Positions 1 through 9,488 of a DNA stretch of 56,212 nucleotides are shown here, in pieces; the stretch's first letter is position 1; each line of letters starts with the position of its first letter. The stretch covers positions 1-56,212 of the IMG/VR virus record IMGVR_UViG_3300050343_000186; one strand, 5' to 3'. This stretch comes from a virus. Lineage: Duplodnaviria > Caudoviricetes. Below the pieces are notes generated by a model. That model saw only the letters and a list, made by a program, of their open reading frames with translations. It was not told the origin of the DNA and did no database searches. A program made the position numbers and the translations under genes.

Positions 1-261
1 TCTGTCTCTTATCGTCTGTTTTACTTTTCAGATAATGGAGCGAGCCGCCAAGAGTTCCCCGAAGGATGGTGAGGGTGCTATATACGTCAAACGTAGACAG
101 CTACCACAGCCACCACCCACGCTGTGACCACAGCCACCACAACAGCCACCACCGCTAGGCAAAAAGGCTAAAAAAACGGACTGCAACGATTGAAACGACC
201 ACCCCACCCCCAAAAAAAAAATTCGTTTTCCTTTTCCATAGTGTTGCGTCATACATATATA
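1..261 (+). repeat. Left direct terminal repeat
   Basis: TCTGTCTCTTATCG...CATACATA recurs at 55951-56212 with a handful of substitutions and a 1-nt homopolymer difference. Confidence 0.95.
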
Positions 262-296
262 TAACCCAATTACTACACCTATCTGACAAAAAATAG

Positions 297-304
297 TATA
301 TTTG
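297..304 (+). promoter_or_regulatory. Bacteroidota-type -7 promoter box (TAnnTTTG)
   Basis: TATATTTG 3 nt upstream of the ATG at 308. Confidence 0.55.
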
Positions 305-307
305 CAT

Positions 308-457
308 ATGCAGTACGAGATAAGTTTACAGAACAGACTTCTTATAGGTTTTGCGTTAGGCTTTTCTTACTACGGGGTTGATAAAGATTTTAACTACGGA
401 GAGTTTATCTTGTACTTAGGTTTATTAAGTTTACACATTAAATACCAAAAGATATGA
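308..457 (+). CDS. Small hydrophobic hypothetical protein (49 aa)
   Basis: Read manually (MQYEISLQNRLLIGFALGF...); ATGA overlap with next ORF. Confidence 0.55.
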   Translation: MQYEISLQNRLLIGFALGFSYYGVDKDFNYGEFILYLGLLSLHIKYQKI

Positions 458-624
458 ATATAAAGAACAGATTGAAGGGCACCTTCACAAAAAGCAAAGA
501 TGGAGTTACAGGAATCCAACAAGCTGTTGAAAATAAAAAAGCCATCAAGAAGATGGAAAAAATCGCAATGCTTTCTGAGGGAGTTGCATTGGGTGAGATG
601 AAATCTAAAATATTCGGACTATAA
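454..624 (+). CDS. Small basic hypothetical protein (56 aa)
   Basis: Read manually (MNIKNRLKGTF...KIFGL); followed by a terminator. Confidence 0.6.
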   Translation: MNIKNRLKGTFTKSKDGVTGIQQAVENKKAIKKMEKIAMLSEGVALGEMKSKIFGL

Positions 625-658
625 AATAGTTTGTTTATATTGTGTTTTAATTGTTTAG

Positions 659-689
659 AAGGGGTAATTTTCGGATTATCCCTTTTTTT
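659..689 (+). terminator. Rho-independent terminator
   Basis: AAGGGGTAAT-TTTCGG-ATTATCCCTT stem-loop followed by a T run. Confidence 0.8.
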
Positions 690-690
690 A

Positions 691-857
691 TGACGAAAGC
701 TGACGAAATAATGACGACTTTCTGACGAGAAGAATGAGTGATACTGTACATCCTGACGACTTGACGACTTTACCTCTTATTGTAGAGTTAGAATGAAAAA
801 TAATAATAGTAGTATATATATATATATATATAGGGAAAATGAGTCGTCATTCCGTCA
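691..857. repeat. Iteron array plus AT microsatellite; origin-like element A
   Basis: TGACGA at 691, 701, 712, 723, 754, 762; (TA)n tract ~813-832; inverted CGTCA copies at 845-849 and 853-857. Confidence 0.7.
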
Positions 858-911
858 TTTACATATTCTAAAGGTTTTTTATTATATTTGCTGCAAATAA
901 TTTAATCTAAT

Positions 912-2529
912 ATGAATGAATCAGGATACACTCCGAAGAACTTAAAGTTCGGTAAGGAGGGAAGAGACAAACTCATTAATGGTATCAAAACCATTTCAGG
1001 TGCAGTCAAGTCAACATTAGGACCGTCAGGTCAGACTGTACTCATCGAATCACCAAATCACACACACGGCATTACAGTAACCAAGGATGGTGTCACAGTA
1101 GCTAAGGCAGTTAGCTTAATTGACCCTGTAGAGAACTTGGCTGTTCGTATGATGAAGGAAGCAGCAGACCGAACGGCGTCATCAGCAGGTGATGGAACGA
1201 CAACAGCTATTGTACTGACTGAGGCTATGGTCTTAGAAGGTATGAAGGTGATTGACGATACAAATAAGACAGAGGTACTTCGTGATATGGTAAAGATAAC
1301 AGAGTATGTTGTCAAAGACTTGAAGCGTAAGTCTAAGAAGGTTACAAAGAAAAACCTCAAAGATGTGGCAACTATTTCTGCAAACAACGACCCGGAGTTA
1401 GGAAAGATAATAGCGGAGGTATATAAAGAGGTTGGAGAGAATGGTATAGTGACCGTAGATAGGTCGCAGACGTCTGAGACATACTATGAGTCCACTCGAG
1501 GTATAAAAGTGGATAGAGGGTACTCTAGTCCGTTGTTCATTAACGACCAAAAGAAGGATGAGTGTATCTTAGAGGATACATATGTATTAGTTAGTGATGC
1601 TGAGATAGCGAACATACTAAACATTGAGACCATACTTAAACCAATCATACAGGAGAACAAGAAGTTATTGATTATAGCACCTTGCTCTAGTAATGTGCTT
1701 AACACGTTAGCAGCGAATGTGATGAAGAGTAACTTGAAGGTATGTGTGGTGCAGCCACCTAACTTTGGTTACAAGCAGCACGAGCTGATGCAGGACATAG
1801 CTATCTCGGTAGGTGCGACATACTTCTCTGAGAAGACAGGTGATGACCTGAGTATTATGACGATGGCAGACCTAGGTCACGCAGCTAAGATTATTGCAGG
1901 TGACAAGTCAACTATTATCATTAAGGATGAGGACACGCATAACGAGGTGATTGATGAGAGGGTTGAGCAGCTATGGGAGCAGCATAAGAACGCAGCTAAC
2001 AAAGAGGCTAAGGAGTTTATACTATCTCGTATCGCATCACTAACAGGTGGTATAGGTGTGATATATGCAGGTGGCAAGACGGACCTTGAGCAGAAGGAGC
2101 TGTATGACAGGATTGATGATGCTGTCTGTGCAGTACGTTCAGCACTTGAGGAAGGTATAGTGACAGGAGGTGGTTAGCATTGTGGGAAATAAGTATTGAT
2201 GATTTGGATTGGGAAGATTCTTACAATTCGGATGCTGTTAAGATAATGGCAGAATGCATTAAAAGAACCACTTTAATCAGATTATAAGAAATGCAGGAGG
2301 CAACGTAGATGATATTGTGAAGCAAATGTTATATGGATATGATTGTAAAAACGATTACGACCATGGATACAATGCTAAGACAGGTGAGTTTGGTGATATG
2401 TACAAGATGGGTGTTATTGACCCATTGAAGGTAACTAAGAACGCACTACAGAATGCTGTATCTGTTGCGGTAACTATTCTATCCACTAACGCTATTATCA
2501 CAATGGCACGAAGCTACGAAGAGAAATGA
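912..2529 (+). CDS. groEL: Phage chaperonin GroEL (Cpn60); split by indels near 2175 and 2265
   Basis: [23 protein letters not shown] and [12 protein letters not shown] motifs across ORFs 912-2177 and 2317-2529; TATATTTG box at ~883; no GGM tail. Confidence 0.95.
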
Positions 2530-2785
2530 AACCAATAGGAAAGTACATAGTGATTAAAACAATCGAGGAGGAAATCAAAACCTCCTCGGGGTTGTTGTTG
2601 TCAGCAGAAGATGCAAATCAGATGCGATATAAGAAGGGTTTAGTAATTAAGCCGGGTAGTACAGTAGAGGTCATCAATGAGAAGATGACAGCATATACTA
2701 CGATAAGCGAGCAGGGTTTACAATGCTGATTGAGAACGAGCCATACACCATCATTTCTGAGAATGATGTTGTCGTTGTTCTCTAA
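2526..2785 (+). CDS. groES: Co-chaperonin GroES (Cpn10); indel near 2685
   Basis: [22 protein letters not shown] mobile loop; alternate frame gives ...[13 protein letters not shown]; overlaps groEL stop. Confidence 0.9.
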
Positions 2786-2806
2786 TGTATTTGTTCATAC
2801 GAGTAA

Positions 2807-3193
2807 TCATATTACGATAGACCTTATCGGAGAATGATACGTTCTTAGCGAACATAGGGTTGCTGATTCGCTCATTGGTATCTCCTCACCATTAAGTTTC
2901 TTATATACAGAAGAAATCATTCGCTTTCCTTTGTACGATAATTCGTACAATGTCTTTTTATTACCTTGACGTTTTCTAAATACTGATATCCATCCATCGC
3001 TAAGCAATCTATTAAATCGGTTTATATCCCAAGATAGTAGTTTATCGAAGTCATTAAACTGTTGTTTGCCAAAGTATTTTTCAGAGTACAGGAATAGTAG
3101 CATATCTAAGTCTGCTGATTTTATACCGTATTTAGCCTGTACATAATATCTTATTACTTTCCAATATTTTAGGTAATCTTGATTTTTAGACAT
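2807..3193 (-). CDS. Winged-helix (MarR-like) DNA-binding protein, antisense to the late arm
   Basis: LDMLLFLY...FNRLLSDGWI...LYELSYKGK pattern; likely start 3193 behind a minus-strand TATCTTTG (3221-3228); C-terminus probably frameshifted. Confidence 0.55.
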   Translation of the reverse strand: MSKNQDYLKYWKVIRYYVQAKYGIKSADLDMLLFLYSEKYFGKQQFNDFDKLLSWDINRFNRLLSDGWISVFRKRQGNKKTLYELSYKGKRMISSVYKKLNGEEIPMSESATLCSLRTYHSPIRSIVI

Positions 3194-3235
3194 AAAATAA
3201 ATTTCATTAAATTTGCAATACAAAGATAGTTTAAA

Positions 3236-4450
3236 ATGGGAAAGAAGGCTAAAAAGGATACTCGAAAGAACAAAGAATACAAATCAGGGGCTATGAAGGC
3301 TTTTGGAGATAAGTCTTAAAGATGAGTATGGTAAAAGTAAATTTTAAGACCGTGCTATTGCTCGTTGGAATAAAACAACTGCACCAACTAGAAAGAAAAG
3401 AAGACAAGCACCGAATCCATTTGGTAATATTAGGGGACTAGCAGGGATTTGGTAGTAGACCACAATTAAGAAGAAAATAAATAATGGCAATAACACTATC
3501 TAAAACCATATAATAAAAAGGCTAAGGTTAAAGAATGGAGTCCACGCTAAGTCTAAGACATCGAGAAATAAAGGTTCAAAGAACTATAAGAAACAATATG
3601 CATAGGACAAGGTTAAGTAATGGCAGGAAGAACTAAAAAGAAAAGTAATAAGATATGTTCAGCAGGTATAGCTTGGGCAAAGCGAACCTTTGATACCTAT
3701 CCTTCAGCCTATGCGAATATGGCTGCAAGTAAATATTGCAAAGACCCTAACTACGCAAAGAAGAGTAAAAAGTAATGAAGAAATTTAAAGTACATAATAT
3801 GTATAGTAAAACAGGAATTAAAAAAGTAGCTAAAACATTAGCTCAGCATAATTCTTTAAAGAAAAAAGGATACACACACACTAAGGCCAAAAAAATAATA
3901 TTATGCCAACAGTAAAATATAAATGCTCTACATCGGGTAAGATGAAAACAAGAAAGTTCCCTTACAATGCAACAGGTAAAGCAAAAGCATCGGCTTTCGC
4001 AAAAATGATGGGAGGGAGTTTAAAGAACAACCCATATTACGGAAGTGAAAAGAAGTCTTACTAATGGGTGAGTTAAAGAAGTGGAGAGACGAGAAGTGGG
4101 TACGCATCGGAACGGATGGGTCGATAAAGGGTGCTTGTGGTACAAGCAAGGATAAGAAGAACCCTGACCGCTGTCTGCCACTTGCTAAGGCTAAGTCAAT
4201 GACTAAGTCTGAAAGAGCATCTACTGCTCGTAAGAAAAAGACGTGCAGGGCGAAGAGGTAAAACTGTTGTAGCTAATACGAAGGCAGGAAGAGTAACTAA
4301 AAAATTTACAAAGCGATGAAAAAGATAAAATACAATGATATGGCTATGAAGGATAAGGATGTTGATGCATACTTAACCAAGAAGCAACAAAAGTTACCTG
4401 TTCGATTTACAGAAAAAAATATATAAGTAGTAAAAAAGAAAAAAGTAAAT
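3236..4450 (+). CDS. Cluster of very small Lys/Arg-rich proteins (e.g. 3620-3775, 3775-3897, 4064-4261)
   Basis: Tightly packed TAATG/ATGA-coupled ORFs; motifs YPSAYAN and LKKW..EKWV...CG...RCLP resemble DUF5872-type viral proteins; some frameshifted. Confidence 0.6.
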
Positions 4451-4454
4451 AACC

Positions 4455-4745
4455 GTGGCAACTAAAAGTAAAATGAAGTGTAATCGGGTAATGAGGTCCG
4501 ACAGAGCAGGCAAGAAAAAAATGGTTAAGGCTTGTTCCGGTGGTAAGGAAAAGTTGATTCATTTTGGTGCTAAAGGTTATGGTCACAATTATTCAAAGGC
4601 AGCACGCAAATCATTTAAGGCTAGACATAAGTGTGGTACGGCAACAAATAAGTTAACTGCACGTTATTGGTCTTGTAAAAAATTATGGGCAGGTCCGGGA
4701 GGCTCAAAAAAGAGTTCACCGAAAAGTATACAAGGAAAATATTAG
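4455..4745 (+). CDS. Small basic conserved viral protein (DUF5754-like)
   Basis: KLIHFGAKGY...RKSFKARH...TARYWS...LW motif; very high Lys/Arg content. Confidence 0.65.
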   Translation: MATKSKMKCNRVMRSDRAGKKKMVKACSGGKEKLIHFGAKGYGHNYSKAARKSFKARHKCGTATNKLTARYWSCKKLWAGPGGSKKSSPKSIQGKY

Positions 4746-4760
4746 TATATTTGCAATTAA

Positions 4761-4916
4761 ATGAAGTCAAAAGGATTAGGTGACGCAATAGAAAAAATTA
4801 CCAAAGCAACGGGAATAAAAAAAGTTGTAGAGAAAGCAGCTAAAGCTGCCGGTAAAGATTGCGGTTGCAGTGAAAGAAAAGACACACTAAATAGAATTTT
4901 TCCATTTAAAAAATAA
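4761..4916 (+). CDS. Small conserved phage protein with CGC motif (51 aa)
   Basis: MKSKGLGDAIEKITKATGIKKVV...DCGCSERKDTLN read manually; TATATTTG box at 4746-4753. Confidence 0.65.
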   Translation: MKSKGLGDAIEKITKATGIKKVVEKAAKAAGKDCGCSERKDTLNRIFPFKK

Positions 4917-4919
4917 ATT

Positions 4920-5180
4920 ATGGCATATCAAAAATTACAAGCATATAGAGCTGCAAATGTTACCCCTTCGGACACGGCTTCTATACCATCAGTAGGTGGA
5001 GGTAGTGGAACAAATAACGGATGCGTTCTTTATGTTGGCGTAGAAGGTGACCTTAAGGTTGAAACGTCAGGTGGGGATGTAGTTACATTTAAAAACATGC
5101 CTGTAGGATACGTTCCTATACAAATTGTGAAAATTTTCGCAACAGGTACAACCGCAAACGAAATTATAGCACTTTGGTAA
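4920..5180 (+). CDS. Spike/fibre base protein (RcGTA Rcc01079-like)
   Basis: A.NVTPSD...LYVG..GDLKV...GD.VTF.N.PVG..PIQ...ATGTTA..IIALW pattern. Confidence 0.7.
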   Translation: MAYQKLQAYRAANVTPSDTASIPSVGGGSGTNNGCVLYVGVEGDLKVETSGGDVVTFKNMPVGYVPIQIVKIFATGTTANEIIALW

Positions 5181-5345
5181 ATGGCATTTGTAAATGTAAT
5201 AGCAATAGGAGTAGGAGCAGGTGGTAGTGAACCATCAGAATCATTTTTAATTGCTTATACCGTAAATGTAAACGGAGTATTAGAGTCTTCGGGCAATTTT
5301 GATGCCTATCAACCACTCACACAATTTAACATCCAAGTAGAATAA
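5181..5345 (+). CDS. Small putative structural protein (54 aa)
   Basis: Manual ORF MAFVNVIAIGVGAGG... filling the gap, TAATG-coupled to the fibre gene. Confidence 0.55.
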   Translation: MAFVNVIAIGVGAGGSEPSESFLIAYTVNVNGVLESSGNFDAYQPLTQFNIQVE

Positions 5346-7078
5346 TGGCAATAGAAATAAATTTAACCAACGTCCAAGCACAATTAATAAGCGGGACTAA
5401 TATAAAAACCATAAATAGTGAGAGTTTACTAGGAAGTGGTAATATAGAAATAAGCGGCGGTGGTGCAGTCGATAGCGTTAATGGTTTAACAGGTGTTGTA
5501 TTATTAGATACGGACGAAATATCTGAGGGTACTACTAATTTATATTTTACAGATAGCAGAGTATCGAACAACACAGATGTAACAGCAAACACAGCAAAGA
5601 GAAGCTATCCTAGTGCGGATGAGACAAAGTTGTCGGGAATAGAAGCAGGGGCTCAAGTAAATTCTGTTTTAAGTGTAAATGGTTTAACGGGAAATGTAAC
5701 GGTACAGGATACTTTAGTAAGCGGCACAAATATAAAAACCATAAATAGTCAAAGTTTATTAGGGAGTGGCAACATAGTAATAAGTGGTAGTGGTGCAGTT
5801 GATAGTGTTAATGGTGAAACCGGAGATGTAATTGTTCAAGCTACTTTGGTGAGTGCAGTTAATATTAAAACTATAAACGGAAATACTTTACTAGGTAGCG
5901 GAAATATAACAGTGGGTTCAGTTAATACTGTTAATGGTCAAACCGGGGATGTCGTGTTGAACGCAAACAATATTTCTGAAACGGCTGACAAATTATATAT
6001 GACTGCTGCTGAAAGAACCAATTTAAGCAATCAAAGTGGTACTAATACGGGAGACCAAGATTTAAGCGGTCTACAAGACACTTTGGTGAGCGGTACAAAC
6101 ATAAAGACCATAAATAGTCAAAGTCTATTAGGAAGTGGTGACATAACAATAAGCGGTGGTGCGGTTGATAGTGTTAACGGTCAAACCGGTGTTGTAGTTT
6201 TAGATACGGATGACATATCTCAAGGTAGTGCTAACCTATACTATCCAAGTGCAGATGCAACCAAAGTAAACTTTATAACTGTAAATCAAGCTATAAACCT
6301 AGATAATGTGCCTGAATTGGACGGCTTTCCTTCAGCCGGTGAAGCACTATATTGGGGGAGTAGTAACAAAATAAAAGCTGACCCGTTGGTACGATTTGAA
6401 GGTGGAGGGATACAAATAGGTGCGATTGGTAGTAGTTCATTAGCCTCACTTAGATATATTAGTAATAGTAGTGGCGGAGCTATTATATACGATACAACAA
6501 TATCAGGGATTAGCGAGGATTTTCTCCACGAATATACCGGGGGTGGCAATCTAATATTCGATAGTGTTGGAGGTATAGAGCTCAATGCCGTTAGTGTGAG
6601 TTCAGATGAATACGGAGCAGGCAATAAGTCTGCTGCTGACCTGAGCAAAACAGAAAGCGACTTTCTGCTAGGATTAGCTACAGATGGTACGTTTATAGAG
6701 GTAGATAAAGCAACTGTTGCTGTTATTCCTATAGGCATAGCTTGTTCTGATGAAACAACTGCGTTAACAACAGGTACTGCAAAGGCAACATTTAGGATGC
6801 CTTATGGTTTTGAGCTTACAGAGGTCCGAGCAAATGTCACAACTGCACCTACAGGTTCTTTGCTAACTGTAGATATCAACGAAAATGGAACTACAATATT
6901 AAGCACTAAATTAACTATTGATGCAGGTGAAGAAACATCTACAACTGCGGCTATACCTGTTGTAATAAGCGATACTACTTTAGCCGATGATGCTAAGATA
7001 ACAATAGATATTGACACTGTTGGAAGTACAGTCGCAGGAGCAGGGTTAAAAGTTTGGTTAATTGGTCGTAAAATATGA
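5345..7078 (+). CDS. Fibre protein (head or tail fibre) with internal repeats
   Basis: Four L(V/I)SxxNIKTINxxxLLGSG repeats and five (S/T)VNGxTG repeats; Gly/Ser/Thr-rich; beta-rich C-terminal domain. Confidence 0.8.
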   Translation: MAIEINLTNVQAQLISGTNIKTINSESLLGSGNIEISGGGAVDSVNGLTGVVLLDTDEISEGTTNLYFTDSRVSNNTDVTANTAKRSYPSADETKLSGIEAGAQVNSVLSVNGLTGNVTVQDTLVSGTNIKTINSQSLLGSGNIVISGSGAVDSVNGETGDVIVQATLVSAVNIKTINGNTLLGSGNITVGSVNTVNGQTGDVVLNANNISETADKLYMTAAERTNLSNQSGTNTGDQDLSGLQDTLVSGTNIKTINSQSLLGSGDITISGGAVDSVNGQTGVVVLDTDDISQGSANLYYPSADATKVNFITVNQAINLDNVPELDGFPSAGEALYWGSSNKIKADPLVRFEGGGIQIGAIGSSSLASLRYISNSSGGAIIYDTTISGISEDFLHEYTGGGNLIFDSVGGIELNAVSVSSDEYGAGNKSAADLSKTESDFLLGLATDGTFIEVDKATVAVIPIGIACSDETTALTTGTAKATFRMPYGFELTEVRANVTTAPTGSLLTVDINENGTTILSTKLTIDAGEETSTTAAIPVVISDTTLADDAKITIDIDTVGSTVAGAGLKVWLIGRKI

Positions 7079-8004
7079 TAATTAATTCATACAGATTTGT
7101 AAGTCCAATTACACCATTTCCTGCCGACTATGGCACAGGTGCTTTGATTGCATTTGGATTAAAATATTTGTCAAGTACCTATACAAGTGACGTTGTAAGA
7201 GTTAGAAGAAGTTCAGATAGTACAGAACAAGACTTCAATTCAACAGAGGTTACAAACGGAACGCTTACTACTTTTGTGGGTGCAGGAAATGATGGCTTTG
7301 TGACAAAATGGTATAATCAAGGTACAGGTGGCAGCACATACGATGCTACACAAGCTACAAGTTCACAACAGCCTAAGATAGTAGATAGCGGCTCTCTAAT
7401 TTTAAGAAACGGAAACGCATCTATAAAATACAATGGTAGTGGTCAGAAACTAGGTGTGGGAACTACTACTAATATAGCTTTTACTCATTATCAAAAGAAT
7501 AGTTTATTCGTCGTTCAGCAACCTTCACAATCTACTAATCCTGATGCTGTTTATTGGATGACAGGAACAGATACGTCTATAAGTGGAAAACGAAGCTATT
7601 ACGTCAGATATGAAGATAGGTCTGCTAATGGGTATAACAATGATATGGTTCACGTGATTGGTAATAATGACGTTGTTTTAATAAATGGTGTTAACCCAAA
7701 ATTACAAGACATATGGTCGAGTAACTCGTTAAGTGTCGCAAGAGTTTATTCTGACCCTACTAATAGTACTGCGTCACAACGGTCTAAAATGACTGTAAAT
7801 AATGCTACTTTTTTAACCCAAAATACTTACACAGCATCACCAAGTAGTGCTAGTGCAGCAGGACCATTATCCATAGGTGCTTCCGATGAAACTCAAACCG
7901 CTGATACTTGGATTGATTGTATTTCCGCTTACATACTTTATGACGAGGATGTGTATTCAGATGATGCTGATATTTATAGCGATTTAGATACAATGTATAT
8001 ATAA
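7075..8004 (+). CDS. Concanavalin/LamG-like putative receptor-binding protein
   Basis: VRVRRSSD.TEQDF...GFVTKWYNQ...ATQ...QPKIV motif of phage ConA-like (arabinofuranosidase-B-like) domains. Confidence 0.6.
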   Translation: MIINSYRFVSPITPFPADYGTGALIAFGLKYLSSTYTSDVVRVRRSSDSTEQDFNSTEVTNGTLTTFVGAGNDGFVTKWYNQGTGGSTYDATQATSSQQPKIVDSGSLILRNGNASIKYNGSGQKLGVGTTTNIAFTHYQKNSLFVVQQPSQSTNPDAVYWMTGTDTSISGKRSYYVRYEDRSANGYNNDMVHVIGNNDVVLINGVNPKLQDIWSSNSLSVARVYSDPTNSTASQRSKMTVNNATFLTQNTYTASPSSASAAGPLSIGASDETQTADTWIDCISAYILYDEDVYSDDADIYSDLDTMYI

Positions 8005-8399
8005 TGAAGTACATAATTATAAAACCCATAGACGGATATGATTCAAAACAACTTTGCGAAGCTATGAATAAGGAATTATGGCATATTTCAGTACCTGCAA
8101 CGGTTAAACAAGAAGACGATGTTACATCTAAACTATTTGGCGAAGTAGAACTTACAAGTGGAGAATATTCATTACATATTGACGAGGATTATGAGATAGT
8201 CGTTAATGATAGCTTAAATGTAGATGCACTTGTAGCGTTATTCCCTGAACTTACAGAAGTAGAAAAAAATGGGTTGGTAGCCTATATAGAAAGTAGTGAT
8301 TCATTCTTATTTAAAAACATAATTCCACAAGGAACCAATCTATACACTTATCAAGAAATGTTAGATTTAGGGTTACTTGAAGAAATAGAAGAATTATGA
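8004..8399 (+). CDS. Hypothetical acidic protein
   Basis: Intact 131-aa ORF coupled to both neighbours. Confidence 0.6.
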   Translation: MKYIIIKPIDGYDSKQLCEAMNKELWHISVPATVKQEDDVTSKLFGEVELTSGEYSLHIDEDYEIVVNDSLNVDALVALFPELTEVEKNGLVAYIESSDSFLFKNIIPQGTNLYTYQEMLDLGLLEEIEEL

Positions 8400-8812
8400 T
8401 AGCAATAATAGCATACTTAGCTACCATATTATTATATATAGCGGTAGCAGCAGTTGCAGTCCCTTACACTTGGATTAAAGCAATTATAATAGGTGTGAAA
8501 GCTATGAGTTTTAAAGTCTATTGGCAAACAATGTGGCAATGGTGCTACAAAGCGGCTTGGGGAATAGACCAAGCAGGCAGTCCATTATTATCTCACTTCG
8601 GTAATGACTTGCTTATCAAGCCAAACAGTACACATAGAATGGGTAGCCCTGACAAGACGCTGAGCCACTATCTAGGAATAAACAAGCAACAAGACACATT
8701 GTATTTTTTGGGGTTGTTTTGGGCTTACTTAGTAGACATAATAGCATTATTTTTTGGCGATTTCGACCATACAAACAAGGCAGCAAGAGCAGAACAATTC
8801 AACAATGATTGA
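8396..8812 (+). CDS. Membrane protein of the lysis region
   Basis: N- and C-terminal hydrophobic segments; upstream of amidase. Confidence 0.55.
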   Translation: MIAIIAYLATILLYIAVAAVAVPYTWIKAIIIGVKAMSFKVYWQTMWQWCYKAAWGIDQAGSPLLSHFGNDLLIKPNSTHRMGSPDKTLSHYLGINKQQDTLYFLGLFWAYLVDIIALFFGDFDHTNKAARAEQFNND

Positions 8813-9080
8813 CTTAATATCAGAGCACATAGACACATTAATAGCTTCGATTGTAGCGGGGGTGGGGAGTTGGTTCTTTACTAGAAAACAACAAGAGGCA
8901 AATATTAAAATAACGGAGGGGAATGCACTTGAAGGTATGCAGCGAGCTTATGACAAGCTAGTGGAAGATATGAATGAGAAGTTTGCGGAATTAAAGTTAG
9001 AGAATGCTGAACTAAAGTCAGAGATTCAGCTACTGCACAAAGAAAATATTGAGCTAAAAAAAATGCTGCGAAACTTGTGA
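8805..9080 (+). CDS. Holin-like protein (one TM segment plus coiled coil)
   Basis: LIASIVAGVGSWFF followed by RK and a heptad coiled coil; directly precedes endolysin. Confidence 0.5.
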   Translation: MIDLISEHIDTLIASIVAGVGSWFFTRKQQEANIKITEGNALEGMQRAYDKLVEDMNEKFAELKLENAELKSEIQLLHKENIELKKMLRNL

Positions 9081-9488
9081 GAGACGTAAATAAAATAATT
9101 TTGCACTGTACAGCTACTCCCGAAGGAAGAGATGTGAGTGTAGCAGAGGTTAGAGATTGGCACGTAGGTCATAACGGTTGGAGTGACATAGGATACCATT
9201 ATCTCATAACATTAAATGGTACGGTTGAAGTGGGTAGACCCGAATCAAAAGTAGGTGCTCACGTTAAGGGTGAGAACAAACATAGTATCGGAATTGCATA
9301 TGCGGGAGGAATGGATAAATCATTTAAGAATCCTAAAGACACAAGAACCCACGCACAGAAAGAAGCTCTTATATGGCTTATAGATGAATTAAAGAAAAGA
9401 TATCCGGGCAGCACCGTTCACGGTCACAATGAATATACATCTTACAAAGGCTTGCCCAAGTTTTGATGTATCTAAAGAAGGATACTAA
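9077..9488 (+). CDS. Endolysin, N-acetylmuramoyl-L-alanine amidase (Amidase_2, T7 lysozyme-like)
   Basis: ILHCTAT, GWSDIGYH, GAH, HGHNE; KACPSFDV restored by removing one base near 9449. Confidence 0.9.

Noticed and set aside
28-252. Gly/Cys-rich ORFs in the terminal repeats (also 55978-56190)
   Set aside because: They are the reverse translation of the CCACCACAG micro-repeat, and the two copies disagree at the start; probably non-coding
691-770. CRISPR array
   Set aside because: Repeats are 6-9 nt with 2-25 nt gaps, far from CRISPR repeat/spacer sizes; no cas genes
2170-2280. Programmed frameshift or pseudogenisation of groEL
   Set aside because: No slippery heptamer, and similar 1-nt indels occur throughout; sequencing error is more parsimonious
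5380-6200. Diversity-generating retroelement TR/VR pair in the fibre gene
   Set aside because: Repeats are in-frame protein repeats differing mostly at synonymous sites, not adenine-specific; no reverse transcriptase present
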